NCBI GenBank assembly: GCA_028824415.1
Contig: JAPPDX010000134.1
Span: 13,175-77,174, forward strand
Direction of reading: 5' to 3'
DNA: 64,000 bases
DNA from: a bacterium
GTDB taxonomy: Bacteria > Actinomycetota > Acidimicrobiia > Acidimicrobiales > CATQHL01
This document shows positions 1-13,052 of this stretch, in pieces. The position numbers were made by a program, and so were the translations under genes. Positions within the stretch are counted from its first letter, which is position 1. Each line of letters opens with the position of its first letter. The notes under the pieces were generated by a model that saw nothing but the letters and a program-made list of their open reading frames with translations, searched no databases and was not told the DNA's origin.

Positions 1-418
1 TGGCGCCGATGTCGGCGCCAACATCCACATGACTGCGGATTGCGGTCACGCCGTGCTCAGCGGCGATCTCGGTGGCGCGAAGCGCCCGTGCCAGGGTGTT
101 CTCGCTGCTGATCCTGCCGCGATGCTCGTGCCAGGCTTCGATGGCGCCGATCAGGTCGCCGGTGGCGTTGACCACCACATCGGCCGACAGCGCCTTGTCC
201 AGATGGGCGTGTGGCTCGGCGAGCCCCTCCAGCAGCAGCATCCCCCCGAGGTCGTGGCGCAGAAACTGCTCCTCGTCACGGTCCTGCAGGTCCGCCGGGC
301 TCCGTGCGGCGCTCGACGAGACCTCGTCCACGGCCGCCACCACACCATCGACGACGGTCACATCGACGCGCCGCCCATCAGGCAGCAGCGCGTCGGTCAG
401 GATGCAGGATGCGCCCAC
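1..418 (-). CDS. Amidohydrolase, cytosine deaminase (CodA)-like; 5' part only, runs off window start
   Basis: Manual minus-strand translation from GTG at 418: ...GMLLLEGLAEPHAHLDKALSAD...ARALRATEIAAEHGVTAIRSHVDVG; HxHxDK metal motif and RSHVD strand typical of CodA family. Confidence 0.8.
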   Translation of the reverse strand, partial: MGASCILTDALLPDGRRVDVTVVDGVVAAVDEVSSSAARSPADLQDRDEEQFLRHDLGGMLLLEGLAEPHAHLDKALSADVVVNATGDLIGAIEAWHEHRGRISSENTLARALRATEIAAEHGVTAIRSHVDVGADIGA

Positions 419-520
419 CGGCGCCGAGGGTAGCCCGCGCCGGTCGCGGCCCCGCCGCGAACGCCACGGCCAGGTCAATCGGACCCGGCTTGTGGCCAGC
501 GATTGCGCGACTGCCAGAAT

Positions 521-1111
521 GTGGCCGTGCAAGTGGTTCTGGTGCTGGCCGACGATCCCGCTGTCGACGACGGTGGGCTGCGACGGGCCGTGGAGGCCGC
601 GCTCGCCACGACCGACCACGCCATCGACGTGATCGATCTGTACGCCGGCGACTTCAACGCCGCCATGACAACCGCCGGGCGGCGGGCCTACCACTCCGGA
701 CAGCCCCTCGTGGAGCCCGATGTGGCCGATTTCGGGTCACGGGTGCGAGCCGCGGAGGCGCTGATCTTCGTCTACAGGGCTCGCTGGACGGGTATGCCCC
801 CGCGCCTCAAGGGCTTTGTGGACCGCACCTTCGTCCCGGGTGTCGGCTTCGTCCTCGTGGACGGCAAGCTGCAGCGAGGGCTGGTCGGCGTGCGCCGGTT
901 GGTGGCGATAACCATCCACGACCGCTCCCGATCCGAGGTACTCCGGAGCCGGGACTACGGGCGCCGCATCCTGCTTCGCACGTTCGGACTGATCGTGCAT
1001 CCGCGCTGCCGGCGACGCAATGTGGCCCTCTACGACACGCGGCCCGAGCGTGCCGCGGCGGCGCGCCGGCGCTTCGCCGCCAAGCTCGACCGCGTTCTGG
1101 TGGGCCTGTGA
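521..1111 (+). CDS. Flavodoxin-like NAD(P)H-dependent oxidoreductase (Flavodoxin_2), atypical FMN motifs
   Basis: DVIDLYAGDFNAAM, AEALIFVYRARWTGMPPRLKGFVDRTF; GTG start at 521 chosen within ORF 503..1111. Confidence 0.8.
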   Translation: MAVQVVLVLADDPAVDDGGLRRAVEAALATTDHAIDVIDLYAGDFNAAMTTAGRRAYHSGQPLVEPDVADFGSRVRAAEALIFVYRARWTGMPPRLKGFVDRTFVPGVGFVLVDGKLQRGLVGVRRLVAITIHDRSRSEVLRSRDYGRRILLRTFGLIVHPRCRRRNVALYDTRPERAAAARRRFAAKLDRVLVGL

Positions 1112-1664
1112 GCACGCTGGTCGTCCTCTGCCACCCCGTGCCGGAGAGCTTCGTGACGGCCGTGGCCGCGCAGGTCGTCGAGACGCTCGACGACGCCGGT
1201 GCCGAGCCACGGCTGCTGAACCTGTACGCCGAGGAGTTCTCGCCGACGGCAGCCGGCGCAGCGGTCGTCGAGGCACACGGCGAGGAACTGCGCAACGCGA
1301 ACGCGCTGGTGCTCGTGTACCCCACCTGGTGGAGTGGCCTGCCGGCGATGCTCGCCGGCTGGCTGGAGCAGGTCGTGGCCGGCGGCTCGACGCCGCGGCC
1401 GGGCAGACCCGAGACGACCGCATCCAGTCGCGAGCTGCTGGCGAACCTCCGTTACGTGGCTGCGGTCACCACGCACGGGTCCTCGAAGTACGTGAACGCC
1501 GTGCAGGGCGAGGCGGGCCTGCACTTCATGCGGCACAGCATGCACCCGCTCTGCCCGGCCGACTGCCGGCTCGTCTGGCTGGCCTTCTACGGCTCCGACA
1601 TCTCGAGCATGGCAGACCGGCGTGCATTCCTCGCCCGCGTCGACCGTCGCCTGCGCAAACTCGC

Positions 1665-1668
<4 letters not shown>
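1108..1668 (+). CDS. Flavodoxin-like NAD(P)H dehydrogenase (quinone) family
   Basis: VVLCHPVPESF, LLNLYAEEF, LVLVYPTWWSGLPAMLAGWL; GTGA overlap with upstream gene. Confidence 0.85.
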
Positions 1669-4411
<2,743 letters not shown>

Positions 4412-4415
<4 letters not shown>

Positions 4416-5761
4416 TGGGACGATCCCGGAAGGAACCAGGCCTGGCCGTCAAGGTACGCCTGGGGTACCTGCACTGCGCCCCGCATGATCTCCCTCGCCG
4501 TGCGATCCATGGTGAGGCCCGCCACCCGCCACGTACCGGACAAGCAGTCCGCGGTCACGTTCAGGGCGAGCACCCCGGCGGGATGCCCGAGGCGGACCTC
4601 CCGCGACGGCGTTGGCGCCCCGGCCGCTGCGCGAGTGGTCCGGGATGATCCGGCGGCAACCTCCGCCACGACGCTGCCGTCCATGGCGGTCGCGGCCGCG
4701 CAGGCCATCGCACCGGTCATCGCCAGGGTCCGGTGAGTGCGGCCCATCGAGATCAGGCGCACGACCAGGTCCACGTCATCCGCAGGCACATCGGTGTCGC
4801 TCGTGGTCCGGTAGGCCGCCGGGGAGCCCACCACCGCCACCTTCGGCACCGTCCGGTGCCGGCGGGCGGCTTCGGTTGGCGATTCGGCCATGCCGATGCG
4901 CACCGCTGCTTCGCAGCGAATCCACTCGAGGCGCTCCTGTACGGCGGCATCGGCGTCGAGTGCCGTTGGAAGGGCGGTGGCGGCCGCGGGTGCCCCCAGA
5001 GCGTCGGCCGCCACGAACACGGCGGGATTGCCGACATCGATGATCGACACCGGGACGGCGCCGCATCCCGGCACGTCGACACTCTCGCGGACCAGCCCGG
5101 TAGGCAGTGCACCTCGCCCGATCGAGCCGTCCGGCTCGAGGTATTCGAGGGTCAGCCGTGCCCCGGTGCCGGGCACCCCTCCGATGGCGAACGCGCCCGA
5201 CGGGTCGTACCTGCCCGCGCGTAACGGCACCCGGGTGCGGAAGCGCTGGCCGGTATTGAGGCTCAGCACCTCGACATCCACCGCAGCGCGAGTCTCCGTG
5301 GGGCCGGGACCGGGATCCCGTCCCCGGATCGAGTCCGGGACGGGATCCCGGATCGGGGTCCGGGACATGCCTTCGCCGGGTTGACGGGAGGTGGCGTCTC
5401 CGAGCACGCCGATGGCAACGAGGCCCTCGTTGACGGCGAACGGGGCGATGGCGGCCGATATGTTCCCGCAGTTGCCGGCGAAGTCCACACTCGGCTCGGC
5501 CACCTCCACCTGTGCGAAGCGGAACGCCACATCGGCTCCGCTGCCCGCCGGGGCAGGGCCCACGATGGCGGCCTTGCTGAGCGAGGAGATCCCGCCGCCG
5601 AGACCGTCGATCTGGCGCCCGTCGGGGTCGGGACTGCCCAGCGCCGCCAGGATGATCGCCTCGACCTGCCATGGCTCGTAGGTGGCCAGATCCTCTGCCC
5701 GGAACAGAACGGCGCGGCTCGTGCCTCCCCGCCAGAACGACGCGGGGACGGGCCGGTCCAC
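4412..5761 (-). CDS. prpF: PrpF-family isomerase (methylaconitate/aconitate isomerase-like)
   Basis: RGGTSR, RQIDGLGGG, NCGN, IDVGNP, MGRTHR motifs; GTG start at 5761 just after the upstream stop. Confidence 0.9.
5301..5385 (-). repeat. Degenerate REP-like palindromic element in frame inside prpF
   Basis: Minus strand GTCAACCCGGCGAAGGCATGTCCCGGACCCCGATCCGGGATCCCGTCCCGGACTCGATCCGGGG resembles the copies at 34891 and 55604; near-perfect hairpin at 5312-5349. Confidence 0.65.
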
Positions 5762-5763
5762 GC

Positions 5764-6894
5764 TCAGCCCGCCGGGTACGGGCGCGGCGGCGACCCCTCG
5801 TACTGAGCGCGGGGCCTGATCAGGCGGTTGTTGGCGTACTGCTCGAGAACGTGCGCCGTCCATCCCGCCACCCGGCTGCAGACGATGAAACTCGTGAACA
5901 TGCTGAGTGGGAAGCCGAGGTGATACAGCACCAGCGCCGAGTAGTAGTCCACGTTGGCGTTGAGCCGCTTGCGCGCGTGCAACTCCGACTCCAGCGCGCT
6001 GGCCACGGCGTGCCAGTGCGGCTCACCCGCCTCGTCGCCGAGTTCGGAGGCGAGGCGGTCCATGGCGATCGCCCGCGGGTCGCGGGTCCGGTACACACGG
6101 TGGCCGAATCCCGGGACCTTGCGCCTCGCCGCCAGCGCCGCCTCCACGAACGGTGTCACCCCGTCGGGTTCGCCGATCTCGGAGAAGACCGCCATGGCGT
6201 CGTCCACGGCACCCCCGTGCAGCGCTCCCTTGACGGCCCCGATGCCCGACACCATCGCCGAGTAATAGTCCGAGAGCGTCCCCACGGTCGTGCGGGCTGC
6301 GAAGGTTGAGGCGTTCAACTCGTGCTCGGCGTACGTGTTGAGGAGGGCATTCAGGGCACCGGCTTCGTTCTCCGACGGCCGCTGTCCCGTGAGCATCCAG
6401 CAGAAGTTCGCGGCGTGGTCGAGGCTTGAATCGGGCGCGATCGGCTCCTTGCCCTGCAGGTAACGCGACATGGCGGCAACCATCGTCGGCAGGAGTCCCA
6501 CCAGCCTTGCGGCCTTGGCCACCACGGCCTCCCGCGAGATGTCGTCGGCGGTCGGATCCTCGGCGCCCACCAGCGACACGGTCGTGCGCAGCACCGCCAT
6601 CGGGTTCGCGCTCTCGATGGGCGCGGCCGCCAGGAGCGCCGCCACGGAGTCGCTCAGGTCACGGTGAGACGCCACCTCGGCGGCGAACGCCGAACTCTCG
6701 GTTCGGTCCGGCCAATCGCCGTGCCACAGCAGCCAGGTGACGTCACAGAACGAGGCATCGGTCACGAAGTCGCGTATGTCGTAACCCCTGTAGGTCAGGA
6801 CGCCGCCGGGACCGTCGATGGAGCAGACCGCGGAGTAGCAGGCCAGCACGCCTTCGAGACCGGAGGTGACCTGCGGTGGGCTGTCCTCACTCAT
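5764..6894 (-). CDS. Citrate / 2-methylcitrate synthase family
   Basis: SGLEGV, LTYRGY, HELNASTF, GALHGGA, PGFGHRVY, NVDYY; 376 aa from MSEDS. Confidence 0.92.
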   Translation of the reverse strand: MSEDSPPQVTSGLEGVLACYSAVCSIDGPGGVLTYRGYDIRDFVTDASFCDVTWLLWHGDWPDRTESSAFAAEVASHRDLSDSVAALLAAAPIESANPMAVLRTTVSLVGAEDPTADDISREAVVAKAARLVGLLPTMVAAMSRYLQGKEPIAPDSSLDHAANFCWMLTGQRPSENEAGALNALLNTYAEHELNASTFAARTTVGTLSDYYSAMVSGIGAVKGALHGGAVDDAMAVFSEIGEPDGVTPFVEAALAARRKVPGFGHRVYRTRDPRAIAMDRLASELGDEAGEPHWHAVASALESELHARKRLNANVDYYSALVLYHLGFPLSMFTSFIVCSRVAGWTAHVLEQYANNRLIRPRAQYEGSPPRPYPAG

Positions 6895-6943
6895 CGGTGA
6901 CCTCCTGTGGTCGGCCGGCTCGGAACCTACGGCCTCGCCGTAC

Positions 6944-8458
6944 TCAGCCCAGCTTGAACGGGTCGCGTGTGGCACCGGACATCTCCACCCACACGGCCTT
7001 GGTGTGCAGGAACTCGCGCAGGCCCTCCAGCCCGTTCTCACGGCCGTGACCGCTCATCTTGTATCCGCCGAACGGAACGTCGTAGTTGACGGTCCGGTAG
7101 GCGTTGACCCAGACGGTGCCGGCCTGCAGCCGCGGGACCATCCGGTGCACCCGCTGCACATCGCGGGTCCAGACGCCCGCCGCCAGGCCGAACGGCGAGT
7201 CGTTGGCGATGCTCAGCGCCTCGGCCTCACCGTCGAACGGGATGACCGACAGCACCGGCCCGAAGATCTCCTCGCGGGCGATCCGCATGGAGTTGTCGAC
7301 ACCGACGAAGACAGTGGGTTCCACGAACAGACCGTCGCCGAAGCGTTCGGGGCGGCGCCCCCCCGTGGCCAGGTCCGCACCCTCGGCGGTGCCGACGTCG
7401 ATGTAACCCATGACCTTGTCCCACTGGGCGGCGAAGGCCAGAGGCCCCATCTCGGTGGCCATGTCCATCGGGTTCCCGAGAACGATCTCCCGGGCCCGGT
7501 CCACCACTCGTTCCACCAACTCCTCATGCACCGAGCGTTCGACGAGCAGGCGCGACCCGGCGATGCAGGTCTGCCCGCAGGCGGCGAAGATCCCCGCCAC
7601 GACGCCGTTCGCGGCAGCCTCGAGGTCGGCGTCGGCGAACACGATGTTCGGCGATTTGCCTCCCAGTTCCAGCGACACCCGGGCCAGATGCTCCGCGGCC
7701 GCCTTGGCGACGCGAATCCCGGTTGCGACCGACCCGGTGAATGACACCTTGTCGACGCCGGGATGCGACACCAGCGGTTCGCCCACCCCGGGACCGTCGC
7801 CGGTGACCACGTTGAACACCCCGTCGGGAACGCCCGCGGCGGCCACGATGTCGGCGAAGCGAAGCGCCGAGACGGAGGTGTGCTCCGAGGGTTTGAGGAC
7901 GAAGGTGCACCCCGCTGCCAGCGCCGGCGCCAGCTTGTACGCCAGGAGCATGAGCGGCGAGTTCCATGCCGTGATGGCACCGACGACGCCGACGGGCTCG
8001 AACAACTGGTAGACGAAGAAGTTGGTCTTGGCGGAGTCCAGGACCTCGCCGCCGATCTTGTCGGCGGCACCGGCGAAGTAGTCGTAGAACTCCGGCAGCA
8101 GCGCCGCCTGCCCCGCCATCTCGCGCAGCAGCTTGCCGTTGTCGCGCACCTCGATGACGGCCAATTCCTCGGCGTGCTCCTCGAGCAGCCGCGCCAGACG
8201 CCGCATGATCCTGGCTCGCTCCACACCCGCCAACCGCGGCCAGGGCCCCTCGTCGAAGGCGGCGCGCGCCGCGGCGACGGCGCGGTCCACGTCGGCGGCG
8301 CCGGCCTCGGGCACCTGCGCCCACGCCTGGCCGCTGTAGGGATCGATGGAGTCGAAGGTGCGCCCGGAGAGCGCCTCGACCCACTCACCGCCGATGAACA
8401 TGCGCGGCGGGCCGCTGGGAGATGGATCGGTGCCGGCCTTCGCCGCAGTCATGGTCAT
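6944..8458 (-). CDS. NAD-dependent aldehyde dehydrogenase
   Basis: ITAWNSP, LKPSE, FTGS, LELGGKSP, GQTCIAG, EEIFGP, PFGGYKMSG. Confidence 0.95.
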   Translation of the reverse strand: MTMTAAKAGTDPSPSGPPRMFIGGEWVEALSGRTFDSIDPYSGQAWAQVPEAGAADVDRAVAAARAAFDEGPWPRLAGVERARIMRRLARLLEEHAEELAVIEVRDNGKLLREMAGQAALLPEFYDYFAGAADKIGGEVLDSAKTNFFVYQLFEPVGVVGAITAWNSPLMLLAYKLAPALAAGCTFVLKPSEHTSVSALRFADIVAAAGVPDGVFNVVTGDGPGVGEPLVSHPGVDKVSFTGSVATGIRVAKAAAEHLARVSLELGGKSPNIVFADADLEAAANGVVAGIFAACGQTCIAGSRLLVERSVHEELVERVVDRAREIVLGNPMDMATEMGPLAFAAQWDKVMGYIDVGTAEGADLATGGRRPERFGDGLFVEPTVFVGVDNSMRIAREEIFGPVLSVIPFDGEAEALSIANDSPFGLAAGVWTRDVQRVHRMVPRLQAGTVWVNAYRTVNYDVPFGGYKMSGHGRENGLEGLREFLHTKAVWVEMSGATRDPFKLG

Positions 8459-8480
8459 ACCGTGCCCTCCAGGTCGGCTC

Positions 8481-9497
8481 TCAGCGGTATCCCCCTGTCC
8501 GCACCGCTTCCAAGCCTACGGCCAGCAGGAGGAGCAGGCCTTCCACAACGTACTGGTAGAAGGTCGGCCAGCCGGCCAGGGTCATGCCGTTCTCCAGCAC
8601 TCCCAGGACGATCACGCCGAGGATCGTGCCGCCCATAGTGCCGGTGCCCCCCATGAGGCCGACCCCGCCCAGAATCACCGCTGTGATGACAGTCAGGATC
8701 AGAGTGCCGGGCACGCTGGCCGCCCCCGATCCGCCCAGCGTGGACGACAGCACCCAGCCACCGGTTGCCGCGCAGGCGCCGCTGAAGACGAGGTACATCA
8801 TCCGCAGCCGGTCCACCGGGAGGGCGACAGAGCGCCCCGCCGAGGCGTTCCCGCCCACGGCGTAGGTGTAGAGACCGAAGCGGGTCTTGGCGAGCAACAC
8901 CCAGCCGGCGGCGGCGAAGAGCACGGCGAAGACCAGCGGCAGGGGGATCCCCACGAGGTCGTTCTTCATGACCCCGTAGGCCGCGTCGGTGGTCTGGCGC
9001 AGGTTTCCGGCGATGCCGGCGCCACCGTCCACGACGAACGCCAGCCCGTAGGCGATGCCCAGCATGCCCAGCGTCGCCACCAGCGGGTTGACCCGCAGCT
9101 TCACCACCACGAAGCCGTTGACGAGCCCCGCGCCGAAGCCCGAGGCGATGGCCGCCAGGATGGCGAGGGACGCCGGATAGCCGGCTATGACGATCTGTGT
9201 GCCGATCGTTCCCGACAGGGCCATGACCGAGGCGCCCGAGATGTCGAGGGCACCGGAGATGAGCCCGAACGTGGCGCCGGTGGCGACGATCATGAGGACC
9301 GCCGTGGCCCGGCCGGTGTTCAACAGGTTCGTGGTGGATAGGAAGCGGGGCGCCGCGATGCTGAACACCACGAACTCCGCCACGATGACCGCGCCCAGCG
9401 TGACCCACGTCAACTTCCCGGAGAACACCAGGTCGCGCAGGCGCTGCGACCAGACCGACGTCTCGGTGGGGGGATCTTCGGGTACGACGGCGGTCAT
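8481..9497 (-). CDS. Sugar ABC transporter permease (RbsC/CUT2)
   Basis: Hydrophobic; GALDIS, NPLVATLG, FGLYTYAVGGN, AVILGG. Confidence 0.9.
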   Translation of the reverse strand: MTAVVPEDPPTETSVWSQRLRDLVFSGKLTWVTLGAVIVAEFVVFSIAAPRFLSTTNLLNTGRATAVLMIVATGATFGLISGALDISGASVMALSGTIGTQIVIAGYPASLAILAAIASGFGAGLVNGFVVVKLRVNPLVATLGMLGIAYGLAFVVDGGAGIAGNLRQTTDAAYGVMKNDLVGIPLPLVFAVLFAAAGWVLLAKTRFGLYTYAVGGNASAGRSVALPVDRLRMMYLVFSGACAATGGWVLSSTLGGSGAASVPGTLILTVITAVILGGVGLMGGTGTMGGTILGVIVLGVLENGMTLAGWPTFYQYVVEGLLLLLAVGLEAVRTGGYR

Positions 9498-10489
9498 CGG
9501 AACCCGCCCTTGGGACGCTGGTCGAACGCAACGGCCAGGATCATGGCGGTACCCACGACGATCAGGACGATCTGGGGTCGCACCGCCATCTGGACGAGGC
9601 CGTTGTCGAGGGCGCTCACGAACACCACGCCGATGAAGGTGCCGACGACCGAACCCCGACCACCAGTGAGGCTGGCGCCGCCCAGGAAGACCGCAGTGGC
9701 GACGTAGAGCTCCCAGTTGCGTGCCGAGTTGGGGGCGATGGCGCCGAGGTCCGACGCCAGCAGTACGCCGGCGATCCCCGTGTAGAGACCGGCCACGGTG
9801 TACATCCCCAGGCGGAACCGGTCGACGTTCATGGCGGCCTGCCGGGCCGCGTCGGGATTGCCGCCCACGGCGAACAGGTGGCGCCCTGCCTTGGTGGTGT
9901 GCAGCAGGACGACGGACAGCACGGCGGTGGCAATCAGGAAGAACACCGGCACCGGAACGCCGCCCACGTTCTCTCGGGCGAAGCGGAACCCGTCATCACG
10001 GAGTTGCGTCGAGCGCCCGTCGGTGATGATGAACGCCACACCGAGGAGGGCGAAGAGCATCGCCAGGGTCGCAATGAGCGGGTTGATGCGGAACTGGGTG
10101 ACGATGAACCCGTTCACGAACCCGATGGCGACGCCCACCACCACCCCGATCACGAACGCCAGCACGAGCGGGACGCCGGCCTCGAACAGCTTCCCGGAGG
10201 TGACCCCGACCACCGCCATCCCCGAGCCGATCGAGAGATCGAGCCCTCCTCCGATCAGGACGAGCGTGAAACCGGTCGCCACGATGAAGGTGACGGCGCT
10301 GAACCGCAGGATGGTGAGGACGTTCTGACTGGTGAGGAAGAAATCGAGGCGCGAGGTGAAGTACGTGCCCAGCAGGATGAGGGCGATCAGCAGCAGGACG
10401 TGTTGGCCCAGCAGGAGGCGGCGCGCCCGCGCCGCGGCCTGGGCGCGACTGTCGAGGGGAGCGCCCGGCGGGGTGGCGGTGGTGGTCAC
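9494..10489 (-). CDS. Sugar ABC transporter permease (RbsC/CUT2)
   Basis: GGLDLSIGS, INPLIATLA, GRHLFAVGGN, VFLGGASLTGGRG. Confidence 0.9.
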   Translation of the reverse strand: MTTTATPPGAPLDSRAQAAARARRLLLGQHVLLLIALILLGTYFTSRLDFFLTSQNVLTILRFSAVTFIVATGFTLVLIGGGLDLSIGSGMAVVGVTSGKLFEAGVPLVLAFVIGVVVGVAIGFVNGFIVTQFRINPLIATLAMLFALLGVAFIITDGRSTQLRDDGFRFARENVGGVPVPVFFLIATAVLSVVLLHTTKAGRHLFAVGGNPDAARQAAMNVDRFRLGMYTVAGLYTGIAGVLLASDLGAIAPNSARNWELYVATAVFLGGASLTGGRGSVVGTFIGVVFVSALDNGLVQMAVRPQIVLIVVGTAMILAVAFDQRPKGGFR

Positions 10490-11292
10490 GCCTGCCCGGT
10501 CGCCGCCGGAGCGCCGGCCACGATGAGGTTGACGCACTCCTCCACCGACGTGCTGCGGGCGTCGAGCGTCGCCACGTGCTCGCCCCGCTTCATGACCATG
10601 ACCCGATCGGCGAGGTCCAGAACCTCGGGGATGCGATGGCTGATGATCATGATCGAGAGGCCGTCGCCGCGGATGTCCCGGATCAACTCGGTCACCGTGG
10701 CCGACTCGGTGGCCCCGAGTGCCGCCGACGGCTCATCCATCAGCAGGATGTGGTTGTTCTCCTCGAACGCCACTGCCCGGGCGATGGCCACCATCTGTCG
10801 CTGCCCGCCCGAAAGGACGCCGACCGGAAGCCTCGTGGACCCGATCATGATATTGAGCCGTTGGAGTAGGGCGGCGGCCTCGCGGTGCATTCGGCGCCGT
10901 TCCAGGAATCCCAGCAGGCTCGGCAGCCCGCGCGTGGGCTCGCGCCCGATGAAGACGTTGGCGGCCACGTCCAGATTGTCGAACAGCGCCAGGTCCTGGT
11001 AGATCATCTCGATCCCGAGGCGACGGGAATCCTGGGCGGTGGTGATCTCGACGGGCTCGCCGTTCATGAGGATCTGGCCGCTGTCGGGACTCACGGTGCC
11101 GGCGATGATCTTCATGAGGGTGGACTTGCCGGCACCGTTGTCGCCGACGATCCCCAGGATCTCGTTGCGCTGCAGATCCACGTCCACCTCGTGCACCGCC
11201 CGGACATGGCCGAAGCTGCGGCAGATCCCCCGCAGCTGCAGCAGCGGCGCTCCGTTCGATCCGTTGCCGTTCGGGGTTGCGCGTTCGTTCAC
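10486..11292 (-). CDS. Sugar ABC transporter ATP-binding protein (single NBD)
   Basis: GDNGAGKST, LSGGQRQ, LLMDEP; GTG start at 11292. Confidence 0.93.
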   Translation of the reverse strand: MNERATPNGNGSNGAPLLQLRGICRSFGHVRAVHEVDVDLQRNEILGIVGDNGAGKSTLMKIIAGTVSPDSGQILMNGEPVEITTAQDSRRLGIEMIYQDLALFDNLDVAANVFIGREPTRGLPSLLGFLERRRMHREAAALLQRLNIMIGSTRLPVGVLSGGQRQMVAIARAVAFEENNHILLMDEPSAALGATESATVTELIRDIRGDGLSIMIISHRIPEVLDLADRVMVMKRGEHVATLDARSTSVEECVNLIVAGAPAATGQA

Positions 11293-11297
11293 TCGAA

Positions 11298-11915
11298 TCA
11301 CTCTCCCGGTGGGTTGTGGGGCGGGCCGGCGACAACCGCCCCGCTGGCTCCAAGCTGGTAATCGTCGGCTGCCGGCGGCGCGAACTCCAGGTCGAAAACG
11401 AAGCCCAGTTCGCTGTCCAGGTTGACCCGCACCACGTCGTCGGTGGTGTTGGCGGTCGCCGGGTCGACGCGCTGCGTCACGTAGGCGAAGTCCACGTAGG
11501 CGCCGAGCGGGTAGGCGTAGCGCACCCAGATGCCGCGATGGATCACCACACCGGTCCCGCCGGTGATCAGGAACGCACGGGCCGCATCGACATCGGGACG
11601 GCCGTCGAGGTCCGGAACGACCACGAGGGCGGCCGGATGCATCCCGAGCGTGATGAGCGTGATGGTGCTCGCCGGATGCTTCTGCACGAACTCGCACCGG
11701 TTGCCCCGGTAGTAGTAGCGCAGCGAGCACATGAACGCCCTGCCCGGGAACTCCAACTCCTTCTGGACCCAGAGGTAGCCCAGATTGTTGGCTGCCCTGT
11801 TGAGATTCGGCGAGTCGGCGGTCTCGGGGGCGATGACGGCGCCGAACGGCTCGAAGGCGGTCCTGTCGAGGTGTTCCACCGGCAGGCGGCGGACACTGAC
11901 GGGGTCGGTGCTCAT
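11298..11915 (-). CDS. Ureidoglycolate lyase (AllA)-like cupin
   Basis: LPVEHLDRTAFEPFGAVI, QKHP..T, AFLITGGTGVVIHRGIW resemble AllA family; catalytic details divergent. Confidence 0.6.
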   Translation of the reverse strand: MSTDPVSVRRLPVEHLDRTAFEPFGAVIAPETADSPNLNRAANNLGYLWVQKELEFPGRAFMCSLRYYYRGNRCEFVQKHPASTITLITLGMHPAALVVVPDLDGRPDVDAARAFLITGGTGVVIHRGIWVRYAYPLGAYVDFAYVTQRVDPATANTTDDVVRVNLDSELGFVFDLEFAPPAADDYQLGASGAVVAGPPHNPPGE

Positions 11916-13045
11916 GATTCGGTCGGATCGAGGGACGGCCGCACGGGCCGGCCGCTGCGGATGGATTCCTTGAGCGCGAACAGCGTGCTCATGCTGCGCA
12001 GGATGTCCGCGCCGGTGGCCCACGGCTCCCCACCGGTGGCGATGCACTGCAGCACATCGGCGCGCGTCGCCAAGTACGAGTCCGGCGACAGCGTGTACTG
12101 CAGCGGCAACTCCAGTGCCGAGCCCCTCGGCTCGTGCGGCCCGAACCGCAGTTCCGCGCGCACCAGCCGGGCCGGGCCGGGCAGTTCCTGATCCTGGATG
12201 CCGTCGACCCCTGCCCGCTCACCCACGGCGAACATCTCGAAGCGGCGCCGGTGGCGGGTGGCGAAGTCGTACAGGATCGTGGCGTTGGCGCCGCTCGCGA
12301 AGCTGAAAACCCCAGAGAGCACCGAGCCGACGCCGTCGACACGGCGCGACCAGTTGCCGTAGACCTCTTGGGGCGCCTCGCCGAACCACGACTGCAGCAC
12401 GTCCACCGCGTGGATGCACACGTCGTGGACGGCGTCGAAGGCGTTGGTGTGCTGGCGCCCGATCCCCGAGTGATAGTTGATCCCCGCCGAGATGAGAGGC
12501 CCCAGCGAGCCGGCCAGGATGAGGGCGCGGCAGCCGTAGAAGGCCGGGGCATAGCGGGTGTTGAAGTCCACGCCGAAGGTGATTCCGCCCTCACGTGCGT
12601 GCCCCACCATGTCCTGACACTGCTGCCACGTCTCGGCCACCGGCTTGGCGATGATGACACCGATGCCTCGGCGTGCGGCCTCGGCCACCACTTCGACGCG
12701 CAGGGGCGAGAGGCCGACGTCCCAACGGATGTTGATGTCGAGGAGGTCCAGGTCGACGGCGTCGATCATCGAGCGGTAGTCGTCGAAGGTGTATTCCACG
12801 CCCCAGGTCTCGCGGATCGCCTTGGCGGCGACCGGGTCGGGGTCGCAGGCGGCAACGGGTTGGAGGCCGGCCGCCCGGTAAGCGGGCATGACGCCGCTGT
12901 GCACGATGCGACCGGCCCCCACGAGACCGATCCGCAGATCGCGGGGGATCTCCCTGCGTAATGGCGGCGGTACGAGGTCCAGGGCCGCGACGGGGCCCAG
13001 ATCGACGGGGGGGATGTCCGAGCTCATGTCGATCTGCGGTGCCAT
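11912..13045 (-). CDS. Gfo/Idh/MocA family oxidoreductase
   Basis: IGLVGAGRIV, IIAKPVA, NTRYAP, DVCIHAVD. Confidence 0.85.
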   Translation of the reverse strand: MAPQIDMSSDIPPVDLGPVAALDLVPPPLRREIPRDLRIGLVGAGRIVHSGVMPAYRAAGLQPVAACDPDPVAAKAIRETWGVEYTFDDYRSMIDAVDLDLLDINIRWDVGLSPLRVEVVAEAARRGIGVIIAKPVAETWQQCQDMVGHAREGGITFGVDFNTRYAPAFYGCRALILAGSLGPLISAGINYHSGIGRQHTNAFDAVHDVCIHAVDVLQSWFGEAPQEVYGNWSRRVDGVGSVLSGVFSFASGANATILYDFATRHRRRFEMFAVGERAGVDGIQDQELPGPARLVRAELRFGPHEPRGSALELPLQYTLSPDSYLATRADVLQCIATGGEPWATGADILRSMSTLFALKESIRSGRPVRPSLDPTES

Positions 13046-13052
13046 GTCCCTC

